A stretch of DNA of 64,000 bases from the NCBI RefSeq assembly GCF_000142905.1, contig NW_013657653.1, positions 228,392 to 292,391 on the forward strand, in the 5' to 3' direction. Below, in pieces: positions 9,501 to 18,819 of the stretch (positions within the stretch are counted from its first letter, which is position 1; each line of letters begins with the position of its first letter). The notes under the pieces are model-generated. The model had not been told where the DNA came from. It did not search any database and saw only the letters and a list, made by a program, of their open reading frames with translations. Source of the DNA: Thecamonas trahens ATCC 50062 (taxonomy: Eukaryota; Protista; Apusomonadida). The translations under genes were made by a program, and so were the position numbers.

Positions 9501-12000
9501 CGTTGACCGAGACATACGAAGCTATCAGCGCGTCGGGCAGCAGCGACCGTAATTCCACCGTTGGCGTGTCTGCCACTTGTGGAACGTGGACAGTGAACGG
9601 GTAGGGTCCCACCAGCCGCGGCTGGTTGCACGAGATGGAAATGCAATCGGTGAACGAGACCGAAAAGGTGTCAATGCCAAAGTAGTCGCCGTCGGGCTGG
9701 TAGAAGAGTTGCGCGGGATAGTCGAATATGACGCCGTTGCGCGGCTCGACTTCACCGACGAGCTTGATGGCCTCAAACCCACCCCAACTACGGGTCCCGA
9801 CAGTTGTGTCGAACCGGAGCGTGATCGTGTCGACAGGGTAGCGGAGGCCACACACATCGGTTGCCTGCCACACAAAGTACTTGGCCGGAAGGTCAGTGAG
9901 CCCTTTCCCGCGCCAGACTGTGGACGGCGGCGTCTCGGGATGGAGAGACGAGGAGATCTCAAGCGCAGTAGCAGTCCCACCGGCGTTGCACTCGTGGATC
10001 TCGATGCTCTGGATGTAGACAGGCGTGGCAAATCGGACAGTGATGTACTCGGGCCCATTGTTGGGGAGCTGAGACGAGTAACAGCTGACAGGGAAGCCGT
10101 AGATCGAGGACTGAGGCGGACCAATGATGGCGCGTGAGCCCCATATGTCAACGTCGTACTCTGACGAGAAGGCGACAACCGAGTCGACCCACTGTTCGAC
10201 CGGTTCGCCAAGCTTCCACGACTGATACGGCTCGTTGTAGACAGTGCCAGGCGCTGGTGCCGCACCGGGCGGCGCTGGTGCCACGCTGTACAGCGTACCA
10301 TGTTGCGGAAGGGCAGAAATGACCACCATGTACACCTCCGAGTCGACGTCAACGACGGCAAGATCGATGAGCGTCGGATCCGAGTCCTCCATGACGGTTG
10401 CGGCTGGCGGCGTCATGAACTTGGGCGCATCGTCGACTTCAACGACATCAAAGACATATGTGAAGAGCGAGGTGGCAAAGCCAGACGAGGCCAGGAACTG
10501 CACTTCAAAGCTTGCAAAGCTTGTGCCAAATGCGTCGGGAGGCGGTGCAAAGTGGGCAACGAGTGCATGGACGTCAAGGCGACCAAGGGCCGAAGCAGCA
10601 ACAAGTGGGCCTCGGAGCGTGGTAGGCTCCGGAATGAGGATCGAGCCATTGGTCGGCAGGGCAGTGACGACGACCTGGAGGTCGTAGACGGCAGAAGCCC
10701 ACTGGCTCAAGTCGTCGTTGAGTGAGAACAGAGTGGTGGTGTCCTCCAACACAGTCACTACTCGGGAAGTGGCTGTCGTTTGCGGCGGAAGCTCGGTTCG
10801 AAAGTGGACGGTACAGACGCACTGCGCAGCGGCCGGTCGTGCGTAGGAGAAACTCCACTCGGGTGGGTGGGTAAGGTTTGTGGCCGGGCCGAGCGCCGAG
10901 CCGACAATCGGGAGCATAAACGGAGTCGACACCGTATTAAGCGCCATCGCACCGCCCGAATGCGCTAGCGAGATCGACGCCGGCAGCGACTGTGGGCCCG
11001 AGGTTAGTGAGCTCCCTGCGGTGGCGTCGATGGCCTGGTAGTCGATGCCAAGCGAGGCACGCTGGGCCGCGTGCGACGTTGTGGCAGTCGAGTACGCTTC
11101 CGAGCCGGGGAGCAGGTCGAGGGATAGCGGCGCAGTGCCGGTCGACGATGCCGCAACGCTGACAACGAGCGGACCGCCAAGCCGAAGCGGAATGCCAGAC
11201 GGCACCAGAACCGGCCACGCACTGGCATCCGTCGAATTGAAGGCCAGCGAGGCACCGGTGATGCGGTCGGTGACAGCATTGGCGTGGGGTCCATCTTCCA
11301 TATCAAAGTACAGCGCTAGGGTCGGGTCGGGGGTGCCGAGATCGACTGGCGCGAGTGTTGCAGCGAGCATGGCTGACTTCTCCATATGTGCGACCGAGTA
11401 CACGCGCAACTCGTCGATGGAGCCGCGGAGAGCTTGCGACGGGTCAAAGCCGCCACCGACAACGTCTTGGTCTTGGCCCAACACCATCGAGCCGGAGCTC
11501 GGAAGGGTGGCGTTGACGGAGGCCTCAATGAGTTCGTCGACCACGAGCGAGCCGTCGGCCCACACACGAATAAGCCCATCGGAGGAGCGCCACGCAACCA
11601 CGAAGTGAGTCCACTTGGCCCATGACGTCGACCATGTGGCGTTGGGCGCACTGCGGACGCCGTGGTGATCAAAGGCGCTCGTCGAGCTGCTGAGCAGCGA
11701 GGTGAACGGGTAGGAGAACCATAGCGAGTTGTCGCTCTGGGTCGTGGCGTACGACAAGATGGTGAAGGCCTGACTCGTGCTCTCGCCATCGATCGACCGA
11801 ATCCACGTAGAGACAGTAAGCTCGGTTGACGGAAAGCCCGAGACAATGCCGTATGCGTACGCCTTCCGCTGTGGACCAAAGTCGAGGGCGTAGCCGGAGC
11901 CGCAGCACCCATCAGACGCGGAAGCGCACGCCACCAACAGAACAAGGAGCGCAGCCAAGGCCACGCCCCATACATGGACCGTCCAAACCTTCATGGTCAT
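6590..12000 (-). CDS. Large cell-surface receptor-like protein: signal peptide, pentraxin, Big_9/cadherin-like repeats, FBXL4/pappalysin-like jelly-roll, GCC2_GCC3 cysteine-rich repeats, multi-TM C-terminus; 1-nt frameshift near 7505-7512
   Basis: Pentraxin signature WTHFVVAWRSSDG...LGQDQDVVGGGFDPSQALRGSIDELRVY. VLEDT/VMEDS...LPxxG repeats. QWVDSVVAFSSEY...YITVRFATPVYIQSIEIHE. CPSGTY/CPPGSS repeats. The TM series continues in ORF 6590..7855 (CCFIALVVVVFLCLHVRQWPY...NMLEAIAY). Confidence 0.82.
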
Positions 12001-12629
12001 TGCTTTTAGGGGCAATGTCGACAACAGGAGGAGTGGTGCGATGCTCAGCAGGCTTTGGCTTTGGCTGACTCGGTTCAAAGCATAGCTTGTGGAAACGTTT
12101 GCCGTTTGCGGGCGAGTGAGCGCCATCAATGGAGGGAAGGGGGAGGGTGTGGGGAGGGTGTTGCTGTTAAATTTTTTGTGCCNNNNNNNNNNNNNNNNNN
12201 NNNNNNNNNNNNNNNNNNNNNNNNNNNNNNNNNNNNNNNNNNNNNNNNNNNNNNNNNNNNNNNNNNNNNNNNNNNNNNNNNNNNNNNNNNNNNNNCGCCA
12301 TCAATGGAGGGAAGGGGGAGGGTGTGGGGAGGGTGTTGCTGTTAAATTTTTTGTGCCCTCCCCCCCCCCCCCCCCCCCCCCCCCCCTCCCTCGGTTCCCG
12401 CCATTAAGCGTCGAGAGCAAAAACCATTCAAAGTTTTGCAAAGCTGGCGCGCCACCCAAACAACGGCGCGGTTTGTTGGCCAGCACGGAGTGTAACGTGG
12501 TAGACAAGGGCACACGCTTGACTCTCTTCCGAACCAGCCCCAGTAGTGACGTAGCGGAAGGCCCTCTTTGTCAACCTACTGCTCTCTGTCCTCTCCTTCT
12601 CTCTCTTTCTCTTCACCCTCGTGCAGAGC

Positions 12630-14609
12630 ATGTCGCGAATGCCCAGGTACCGGGCGCCGCAGCGCAAGGCGCGCCGGAACGAAGACTACCGCCCATCGAC
12701 GGCGCCGGCCACGCTCAAGGCACGGCCGGGCAACAACATCACGGTCGCGGTGCGCGTGCGGCCGCCGACTCGGCGCGAGTCTGCAGCGTATGGGTCTGTG
12801 GTCAAGGTCCACCCGCCGGACTCGCTGGTCTTTGACGGAGTAGAGGCCGACCGGGCGGGCGTGCCAGCGCACGTCCGCGGCGCGGCGCGCAACAAGGCGT
12901 ACACCTTTGACGCGGTGTTTGGCGACAATACCGGGACTGCGGAGGTGTTTGCAATGACTCTGCCGCTGCTCGACGACGTGCTCGCCGGAGTCAACGCGTG
13001 CGTGTTTGCCTATGGCGCGACCGGCGCCGGCAAGACGTACACCATGGCCGGCACGCCGTCAGAGCCAGGAGTGATGGTGCGGATGGTGGAGCACCTGCTG
13101 CAGCGGATGGCAGTTGCGGATGAGGCGTACGAGCTCTCGATCTCGTACCTCGAGATCTACAACGAGAAGATCTTCGATCTACTCGTGCCGTCGTCAGGCC
13201 CGCTCCCGCTCCGTGCTGATGGCAAGGGCGGCGTGACCGTGGCCGGCATGTCAAGCCATAACCCGCGGACGATTGACCAGGTCATGCAGCTGCTCGACCA
13301 CGGCAATGCAAACCGGACGCAGGCACCCACAGACGTCAATGCCACCTCGTCGCGGTCGCACGCACTGTTTGAGATTACAGTCACCTCCCCGCGGCACGTG
13401 GGCAAGATGACGCTCATCGATCTTGCCGGCTCGGAGCGGGCGTCTAAGACCAACAACCGTGGCGTCCGCCTTCGGGAGGGCGCCAAGATCAACCGCTCGC
13501 TCCTCGCGCTCGGCGGATGCATCCGTGCGCTGTGTGACGGCTCGTCGCACGTCCCGTTCCGCAACTCCAAGTTGACCCGGATGTTGGCCGACTCGCTCGG
13601 CGGCAGCTCGCGGACGGTGGTCCTGGCATGCGTGGCGCCTACGGCGTCGAGCTACGAGGACACGTTCAACACGCTCCATTACTGCGAGCGGATGAAGAAG
13701 GTCCGCAAGCGCAAGGCTGTGAGCAACGCGCGGAACCTGGCGCCGGCCGACGTCATCGCCGCGCTTCGGGCCGAGATTGCCGAGCTCAAGGCTGCAGGCC
13801 CATCGCGGAGCCGCCAGCGCGATGCGTCGCGGCTGGATGCGTTCCGAGCACAGATTGCGGCACAGGCACCTGCCAATCTCGACTCGCCGATGCTGCCGCC
13901 GCACATGCGGCGGATTGTGTCAACGGCAGCAGCTGAGCTCGCCTCGCCGTCCAAGCGCGATCTGGTCAAGATGGCGGCGGCCAATGTCCAGCTCAAGCTC
14001 GAGATCACCAAGCTCCGGGCGGTGGTTCATGCTGGCCAGCCGCGGTCGCCATCGGCGTCGCCGGCGGCACTCACGGCCTCACTGCTCAACTCTCCGAGCC
14101 CTGTCCGACTGTCATCAGCAACGCGGTCTGCGGTTGTCCCGGGTGCGGGCGTCCAGTTTGCTGCCTCTCCGTCGATGGTCCGATTGGCATCGGCCTCGCC
14201 GTCGGCCTCAGGTGATGGCGACGACGAGTCGGACGAGTCGACACTTGCGCTCCGCGAGCGGCCGTTTACTTCGGCAGGGGTCACGACTGCAGCCGGACGC
14301 GATGCAAGCGATGGCACAGCGGGTCTGGCGCTGGCGGACCTCTCGGCGACCTCGCTCTCGCCGATCGACAAGCGCGGCTCGGTGCTTGTGGTCAACACAC
14401 CGCGGATGACGCCGCCGCCGCGGAAGCGGCGGGTCATTGCGCGTAAGCGCATCGGGCGGCGCAAGGTGGTGACGCGCCCTGTCGATGACAACAAGGAAAA
14501 CTCACCGATGACATCGCTCGAGGCGCTCGCCAACTGGCAACCGCCGCGCAAACCGCGCATGGCCCGTGTGGGCCAGGCTGCGCGCGCCCGCGGCGGCGTG
14601 TGGAAGTAA
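12630..14609 (+). CDS. Kinesin-8 family motor (KIF18/KIF19-like)
   Basis: VAVRVRP, FAYGATGAGKTYTM, NATSSRSH, LIDLAGSER, REGAKINRSLLALG, HVPFRNSKLTR and SSYEDTFNTL; N-terminal motor. Confidence 0.92.
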   Translation: MSRMPRYRAPQRKARRNEDYRPSTAPATLKARPGNNITVAVRVRPPTRRESAAYGSVVKVHPPDSLVFDGVEADRAGVPAHVRGAARNKAYTFDAVFGDNTGTAEVFAMTLPLLDDVLAGVNACVFAYGATGAGKTYTMAGTPSEPGVMVRMVEHLLQRMAVADEAYELSISYLEIYNEKIFDLLVPSSGPLPLRADGKGGVTVAGMSSHNPRTIDQVMQLLDHGNANRTQAPTDVNATSSRSHALFEITVTSPRHVGKMTLIDLAGSERASKTNNRGVRLREGAKINRSLLALGGCIRALCDGSSHVPFRNSKLTRMLADSLGGSSRTVVLACVAPTASSYEDTFNTLHYCERMKKVRKRKAVSNARNLAPADVIAALRAEIAELKAAGPSRSRQRDASRLDAFRAQIAAQAPANLDSPMLPPHMRRIVSTAAAELASPSKRDLVKMAAANVQLKLEITKLRAVVHAGQPRSPSASPAALTASLLNSPSPVRLSSATRSAVVPGAGVQFAASPSMVRLASASPSASGDGDDESDESTLALRERPFTSAGVTTAAGRDASDGTAGLALADLSATSLSPIDKRGSVLVVNTPRMTPPPRKRRVIARKRIGRRKVVTRPVDDNKENSPMTSLEALANWQPPRKPRMARVGQAARARGGVWK

Positions 14610-14671
14610 CTCGCAATGCGAGCCTTGTCAAACCTTGTATCCTACTTTCCCTCCACATCGGGGCGCTTGAA

Positions 14672-16099
14672 CTAAACAGCCTTGACTACGGCGTCGGCGA
14701 TGAGCTGATCAATCTCAGCCGCCGAGAGGTTGAGCGTCGACTCGAGGACCGAACGGGTGTGCTCGCCGTGGAGAGGCGGCGGGAGGCGGATGGAGCCAGG
14801 CGTAGCCGAGTACTTGACCGGAAGGCCGACGAGCGAGACCGGGCCGGCAGTTGGGTGGTCGATGGTGGCAACCATGTCACGGGCGGCAACCTGCGGGTTA
14901 GCAAAGGCCTCATCCATCGAGTTGATGGGCCCGGTGGCGAGGCCGAGCGAGGCAAAGAAGGCCTCGCACTCGGCAGTTGTGCGGATTGCGGTGAACGACG
15001 AGAGGAGGCCAACAAGCTCCTCGCGGTGGGCGACGCGCAGCGCGTTGGTGCCAAACAGCTCGGGTGCGTCGGCAAGCTGGGGCAACTCGTCGTGGAGCGC
15101 GGCGGCGAGTTTGGCAAACTGAGCATCGGTGGTGGCGCCGACAATGATGTAGCCGTCGTCGTCGGCGGTAGGGAAGGCCTGATACGGGACGATGGACTCA
15201 TGCGCGGTGCCCCAGCGCTTGCCATTCTTGCCGCCGATCAGGTAGTTGGAGCCGATGTTGACAAGGCACGCCAGCTGGGTCTCAAACAGCGAAAGGTCGA
15301 CCTTCTGGCCTTCGGGCGGCGCAAGGCCGCGCTCGCGGGCAAGGAGCGCCGATGAGATGGCACCCTGAGCCAGCATGCCGGTTGCAATGTCTGTGATAGC
15401 AACACCAACCTTGACCGGCGGCCCATCGGCCTCGCCGGTGATACCCATGAGGCCGCCCATGCCGGCGGCGATGACGTCGTAGCCGGCGCGAGTGGCGAGC
15501 GGACCGTCGGGCCCAAATCCAGTGATTGAGGCGTAGATCAGGCCGCCGCGGGTGTTGCCTGGTGCCAGCGAGTCAAAGTCCAAGCCAAGCTGAGCGAGCT
15601 TGCCTGGCACAAAGTTCTCAACGACGACGTCCGAGACGGCGGCGAGCGCCTTGATGAGCGCCACGCCGCGCTCGCTCTTAAAGTCGACGGCGATGGACGA
15701 CTTGTTGCGGTTGACGCAGAGAAAGTAGGCCGACTCACTAGCCTCGTCTGTGTCGTCGATCCGCTCTGCAAACGGCGGGCCCCACTTGCGGGTCGGATCG
15801 CCACCTGCCACAGCCTCGACCTTGATGACCTCTGCGCCCAGGTCGCCGAGCATCTGCGCCGATCCCCCCCATCGCTGTCATGTGAGTCACGCGGCCGGGC
15901 CCGTGCTCGGCTCCGAATGCCACGTCTCAACCCTTACCATGGTGCAGTACGGCCCAGCAAGGATGCGTGACAGATCCAGGACCCGGATGCCCTCAAGCGG
16001 GCCGTGAGCGAGGCCAGCTGCGGCGGAACTCGCACTCGCCGCACTCACGCGCCGAGCAGCGGCGGCCATTCGGCCTAGCCAGCGAGAGGCTGAGAGCAT
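14672..16099 (-). CDS. SUGCT: Family III CoA-transferase (succinate-hydroxymethylglutarate CoA-transferase-like), mitochondrial; intron 15854..15937
   Basis: GPLEGIRVLDLSRILAGPYCTM|MLGDLGAEVIKVE, ESAYFLCVNRNK, GYDVIAA, GTAHESIVPYQAF and PPPLHGEHT; presequence; GTAAGG...TGACTCAC...CAG intron. Confidence 0.93.
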
Positions 16100-16293
16100 G
16101 GGCAGGAGAGGAGATAGAGAGAGAGAGAGAGAGGCGCCTCTGTGTTTGGTGTAAGTGTGGGTTTGAAAGGTCGGTGTACAGGGTGGGGTGGTGGTGGGTG
16201 AGAGAGGAGCTGGGTCGAGGTCGAGCGGCCCGAGCTCGGGCCATGCGCTGGTCGGGTCGGGTTTGGGTCAGCCTCTTGGGAAGGGGGGTTCGA

Positions 16294-16821
16294 TCACGAG
16301 GTGGGTGTGGCGTCAGTGTCGGTCTCGGCGTCGGTGTCGGTGCCGGTGTCGGCCTTGGTCTCGGGATCGGTGGTGACAGCGGCCGTGGGGAGCTCGACGA
16401 TGACATCGGCGCCCGAGTGCGGAATGGTGACCGGGGCCGAGGGCGAGGGGCGGGACGAGCTATGTCGCGCAGCAGTCGGGGAGGCGCAAAAGGCTGTCGG
16501 CGATGCGGTTGGTGACGGGAATGATGGGCCGAGGCCGTAGCCGTAGCCGTAGCCGTAGTGGGCGGGCGATCTAGGCGAGGATACGGAGCGGAGAACAGGC
16601 GGGACCCGAGGCGAGGATACGGCCGGATACGCCCGGGGCGAGGCGGGGGCGTATCCTGACGACGGCGAGCCCATGGCAAAGGAGAAGGTAGCCAGTGGAG
16701 TCGGATACATGTACGAGCCGCCCATAGGGTACGGCGATGCCGCCAGAGGCGAGGCCGAGCCATGCGCATGCCCGGGCTGTGGGCGGTAGAGGTGAGAGCC
16801 CTTGGGGTAGTATGCCCACAT
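16294..16821 (-). CDS. Possible low-complexity S/P/Y-rich protein
   Basis: ATG at 16821 (MWAYYPKGS...); ASPR/SSPR and YGYGYG repeats; no domain recognised. Confidence 0.35.
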   Translation of the reverse strand: MWAYYPKGSHLYRPQPGHAHGSASPLAASPYPMGGSYMYPTPLATFSFAMGSPSSGYAPASPRAYPAVSSPRVPPVLRSVSSPRSPAHYGYGYGYGLGPSFPSPTASPTAFCASPTAARHSSSRPSPSAPVTIPHSGADVIVELPTAAVTTDPETKADTGTDTDAETDTDATPTS

Positions 16822-17349
16822 GGAGGCGGTAATTGAAAATAGGGCTGTGAAGGTTGTGTGTGTGGTGGGGATGGGGTAGGGGTAGGGGTGGGGGTGGTGT
16901 GTGTGGGTGGGTGGGTGGGGGGGGGGGGTGCGGGTTGGTGCAAGTCGCCATGCCAAGTTTGGCATGCCGAGTCGGATCCCCCTGACCGAGGGGGTGGGTG
17001 GGGTNNNNNNNNNNNNNNNNNNNNNNNNNNNNNNNNNNNNNNNNNNNNNNNNNNNNNNNNNNNNNNNNNNNNNNNNNNNNNNNNNNNNNNNNNNNNNNNN
17101 NNNNTCGTCGTCGTCCGTCTCCTCCCCTCCCCCTCCCCCCCCCCCCCCCCTCCCCCGTCCCCCATCCTTGCCACCACTTTGCGTCACTGGCACGACACCT
17201 CCCCCTCCCCGCCCCCACCACCACCACCACCACCCCCCAACCACCACCAACCACCACCAACCACCACCCTTTAGGCTCAACCAACACTTCACCTTCCATA
17301 CATTCACACACACCCATACACACTCATTCTTCTGGATAGCGGTGTACAT

Positions 17350-18636
17350 ATGATCGACAGACTGCCTGGAGAGGTCCTCCACCTCATTGCCTATCACGTC
17401 GACGTGCTGGGGGCTGGCGAGGTGGTGGCCATGGCGGCGACGTGCAAGGCGGTGCACACGGCCCTCCTCGGCTCGACGTACAGCACGAACATGGCAAAGG
17501 CATTGCTAGGTTGGGATTCATGCTTGGCAAGACGGTTGTGGGGCGGGGCCCGGATGGCGCTGAGACGAGGACGGCGATGGGAGCCGCGGGCGGTAGTACG
17601 CGCCGTGTTTGACGATGCAGAGCCGGACGATGACGAGTGGCGGCTGCTGGTTCGCGAAATGGCGGTCCGCGGCGCGGCGGTACGGGTCAATATCTGTGGG
17701 TCTGTGGGCAAGATTGTGTGGTGGAATGATAGCCGCGACTTGGGCATCGGCGCTGTAGCCGTAGCCTATGGTCTCGAGGACGTAGCACTCGGCTTGCTCG
17801 GCGAGGTGAGTAGGAGCGACCAGACGCAGATGTTTGTGCTAGGCGCGCAGATGGGTATGGCGAAGCTTGTGGTCCAGCTGCTGGCCGACGACTCGCTCGA
17901 TGTAGCCGCCGAGGACAACTATGCCATCCGGTACGCGGCCAAGTCCGGTCACGCCGAGATGGTGCGGCTGCTGCTCGCCGATCCGCGGATTGACCCGGCA
18001 GCCGACGCCTCGCACGCCATTCGGTGGGCGTCCCGCAATGGTCACACTGAAGTGGTGCGGCTGCTGCTCGCCGATCCGCGCGTCGATCCGGCCGCCGACA
18101 ACAACTTTGCGGTGAGCTGGGCGTTTGAAAACGAGCACGCCAGTGTGTTCAAGCTGCTTCTGGCCGATCCGCGAGTCGAACTGCCGGCCGACCACCACGA
18201 GGCGCTCCGATGGGCGGCTGAGTTTGGGCATGTTGACGTCGTCGAGCTCCTGCTAGCCGACCCGGCAGTCGACCCGGCGGCCAACGACTGCGACGCCCTG
18301 CGCTGGGCCGCCGCCATGGGCCACGCGGCGGTCATTGCTGTACTGTTGCAAGACGGGCGCGTTGACCCTTGCGTAGGCGACAACTTTCCCATCCGAATCA
18401 CTGCCGAGAAAGGGCATCTGGCCGCGGTCAAGCTCCTCCTTTGTGACCAGCGCGTCGATCCAAGTGCCGACAGTAACTACGCCGTACGCAAGGCCCACGT
18501 CAACGGGCACCTCGACGTCGTCACTGTGCTTGTTGCCGATCCGCGCGTCGAGGCGAGCGTCATCGGCGATTTATCCAGCGCCGTCACCCGAGGTCCGCCA
18601 TCGGAATGGTCCGATGATGATAGTCTCCCCCCTTAA
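17350..18636 (+). CDS. Ankyrin-repeat protein (LLADPRVDP type) with F-box-like N-terminus
   Basis: About seven repeats of AIRWAxxxGHxEVVRLLLADPRVDPAA; N-terminus IDRLPGEVLHLIAYHV...VAMAATCK. Confidence 0.88.
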   Translation: MIDRLPGEVLHLIAYHVDVLGAGEVVAMAATCKAVHTALLGSTYSTNMAKALLGWDSCLARRLWGGARMALRRGRRWEPRAVVRAVFDDAEPDDDEWRLLVREMAVRGAAVRVNICGSVGKIVWWNDSRDLGIGAVAVAYGLEDVALGLLGEVSRSDQTQMFVLGAQMGMAKLVVQLLADDSLDVAAEDNYAIRYAAKSGHAEMVRLLLADPRIDPAADASHAIRWASRNGHTEVVRLLLADPRVDPAADNNFAVSWAFENEHASVFKLLLADPRVELPADHHEALRWAAEFGHVDVVELLLADPAVDPAANDCDALRWAAAMGHAAVIAVLLQDGRVDPCVGDNFPIRITAEKGHLAAVKLLLCDQRVDPSADSNYAVRKAHVNGHLDVVTVLVADPRVEASVIGDLSSAVTRGPPSEWSDDDSLPP

Positions 18637-18819
18637 AGATACAACGCTGAGAAGCAGGTCAACGTTTGGTAGCGAGTAGTTCGTGGGTGCGCAAGCCTTG
18701 CTAAGTTGCGGGTGGGTGCCGGTGGGCGTGGTGTCGACACTTTCCCCGCTAGCGCCCGACACTCGTCGTTCTTTTGTGCTGCAGTCGTTCGTTCCCGGAT
18801 TGCGGCCATTTGCGCGCCA

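Noticed and set aside
12121-12357. 62-bp direct repeat flanking the N gap (12121-12182 = 12296-12357)
   Set aside because: Identical copies abutting both gap edges are typical of unmerged contig overlap, not LTRs or target-site duplications.
17900-18550. Regularly spaced ~102-bp DNA repeats (possible CRISPR-like array)
   Set aside because: These are in-frame ankyrin repeats with no unique spacers or cas genes.
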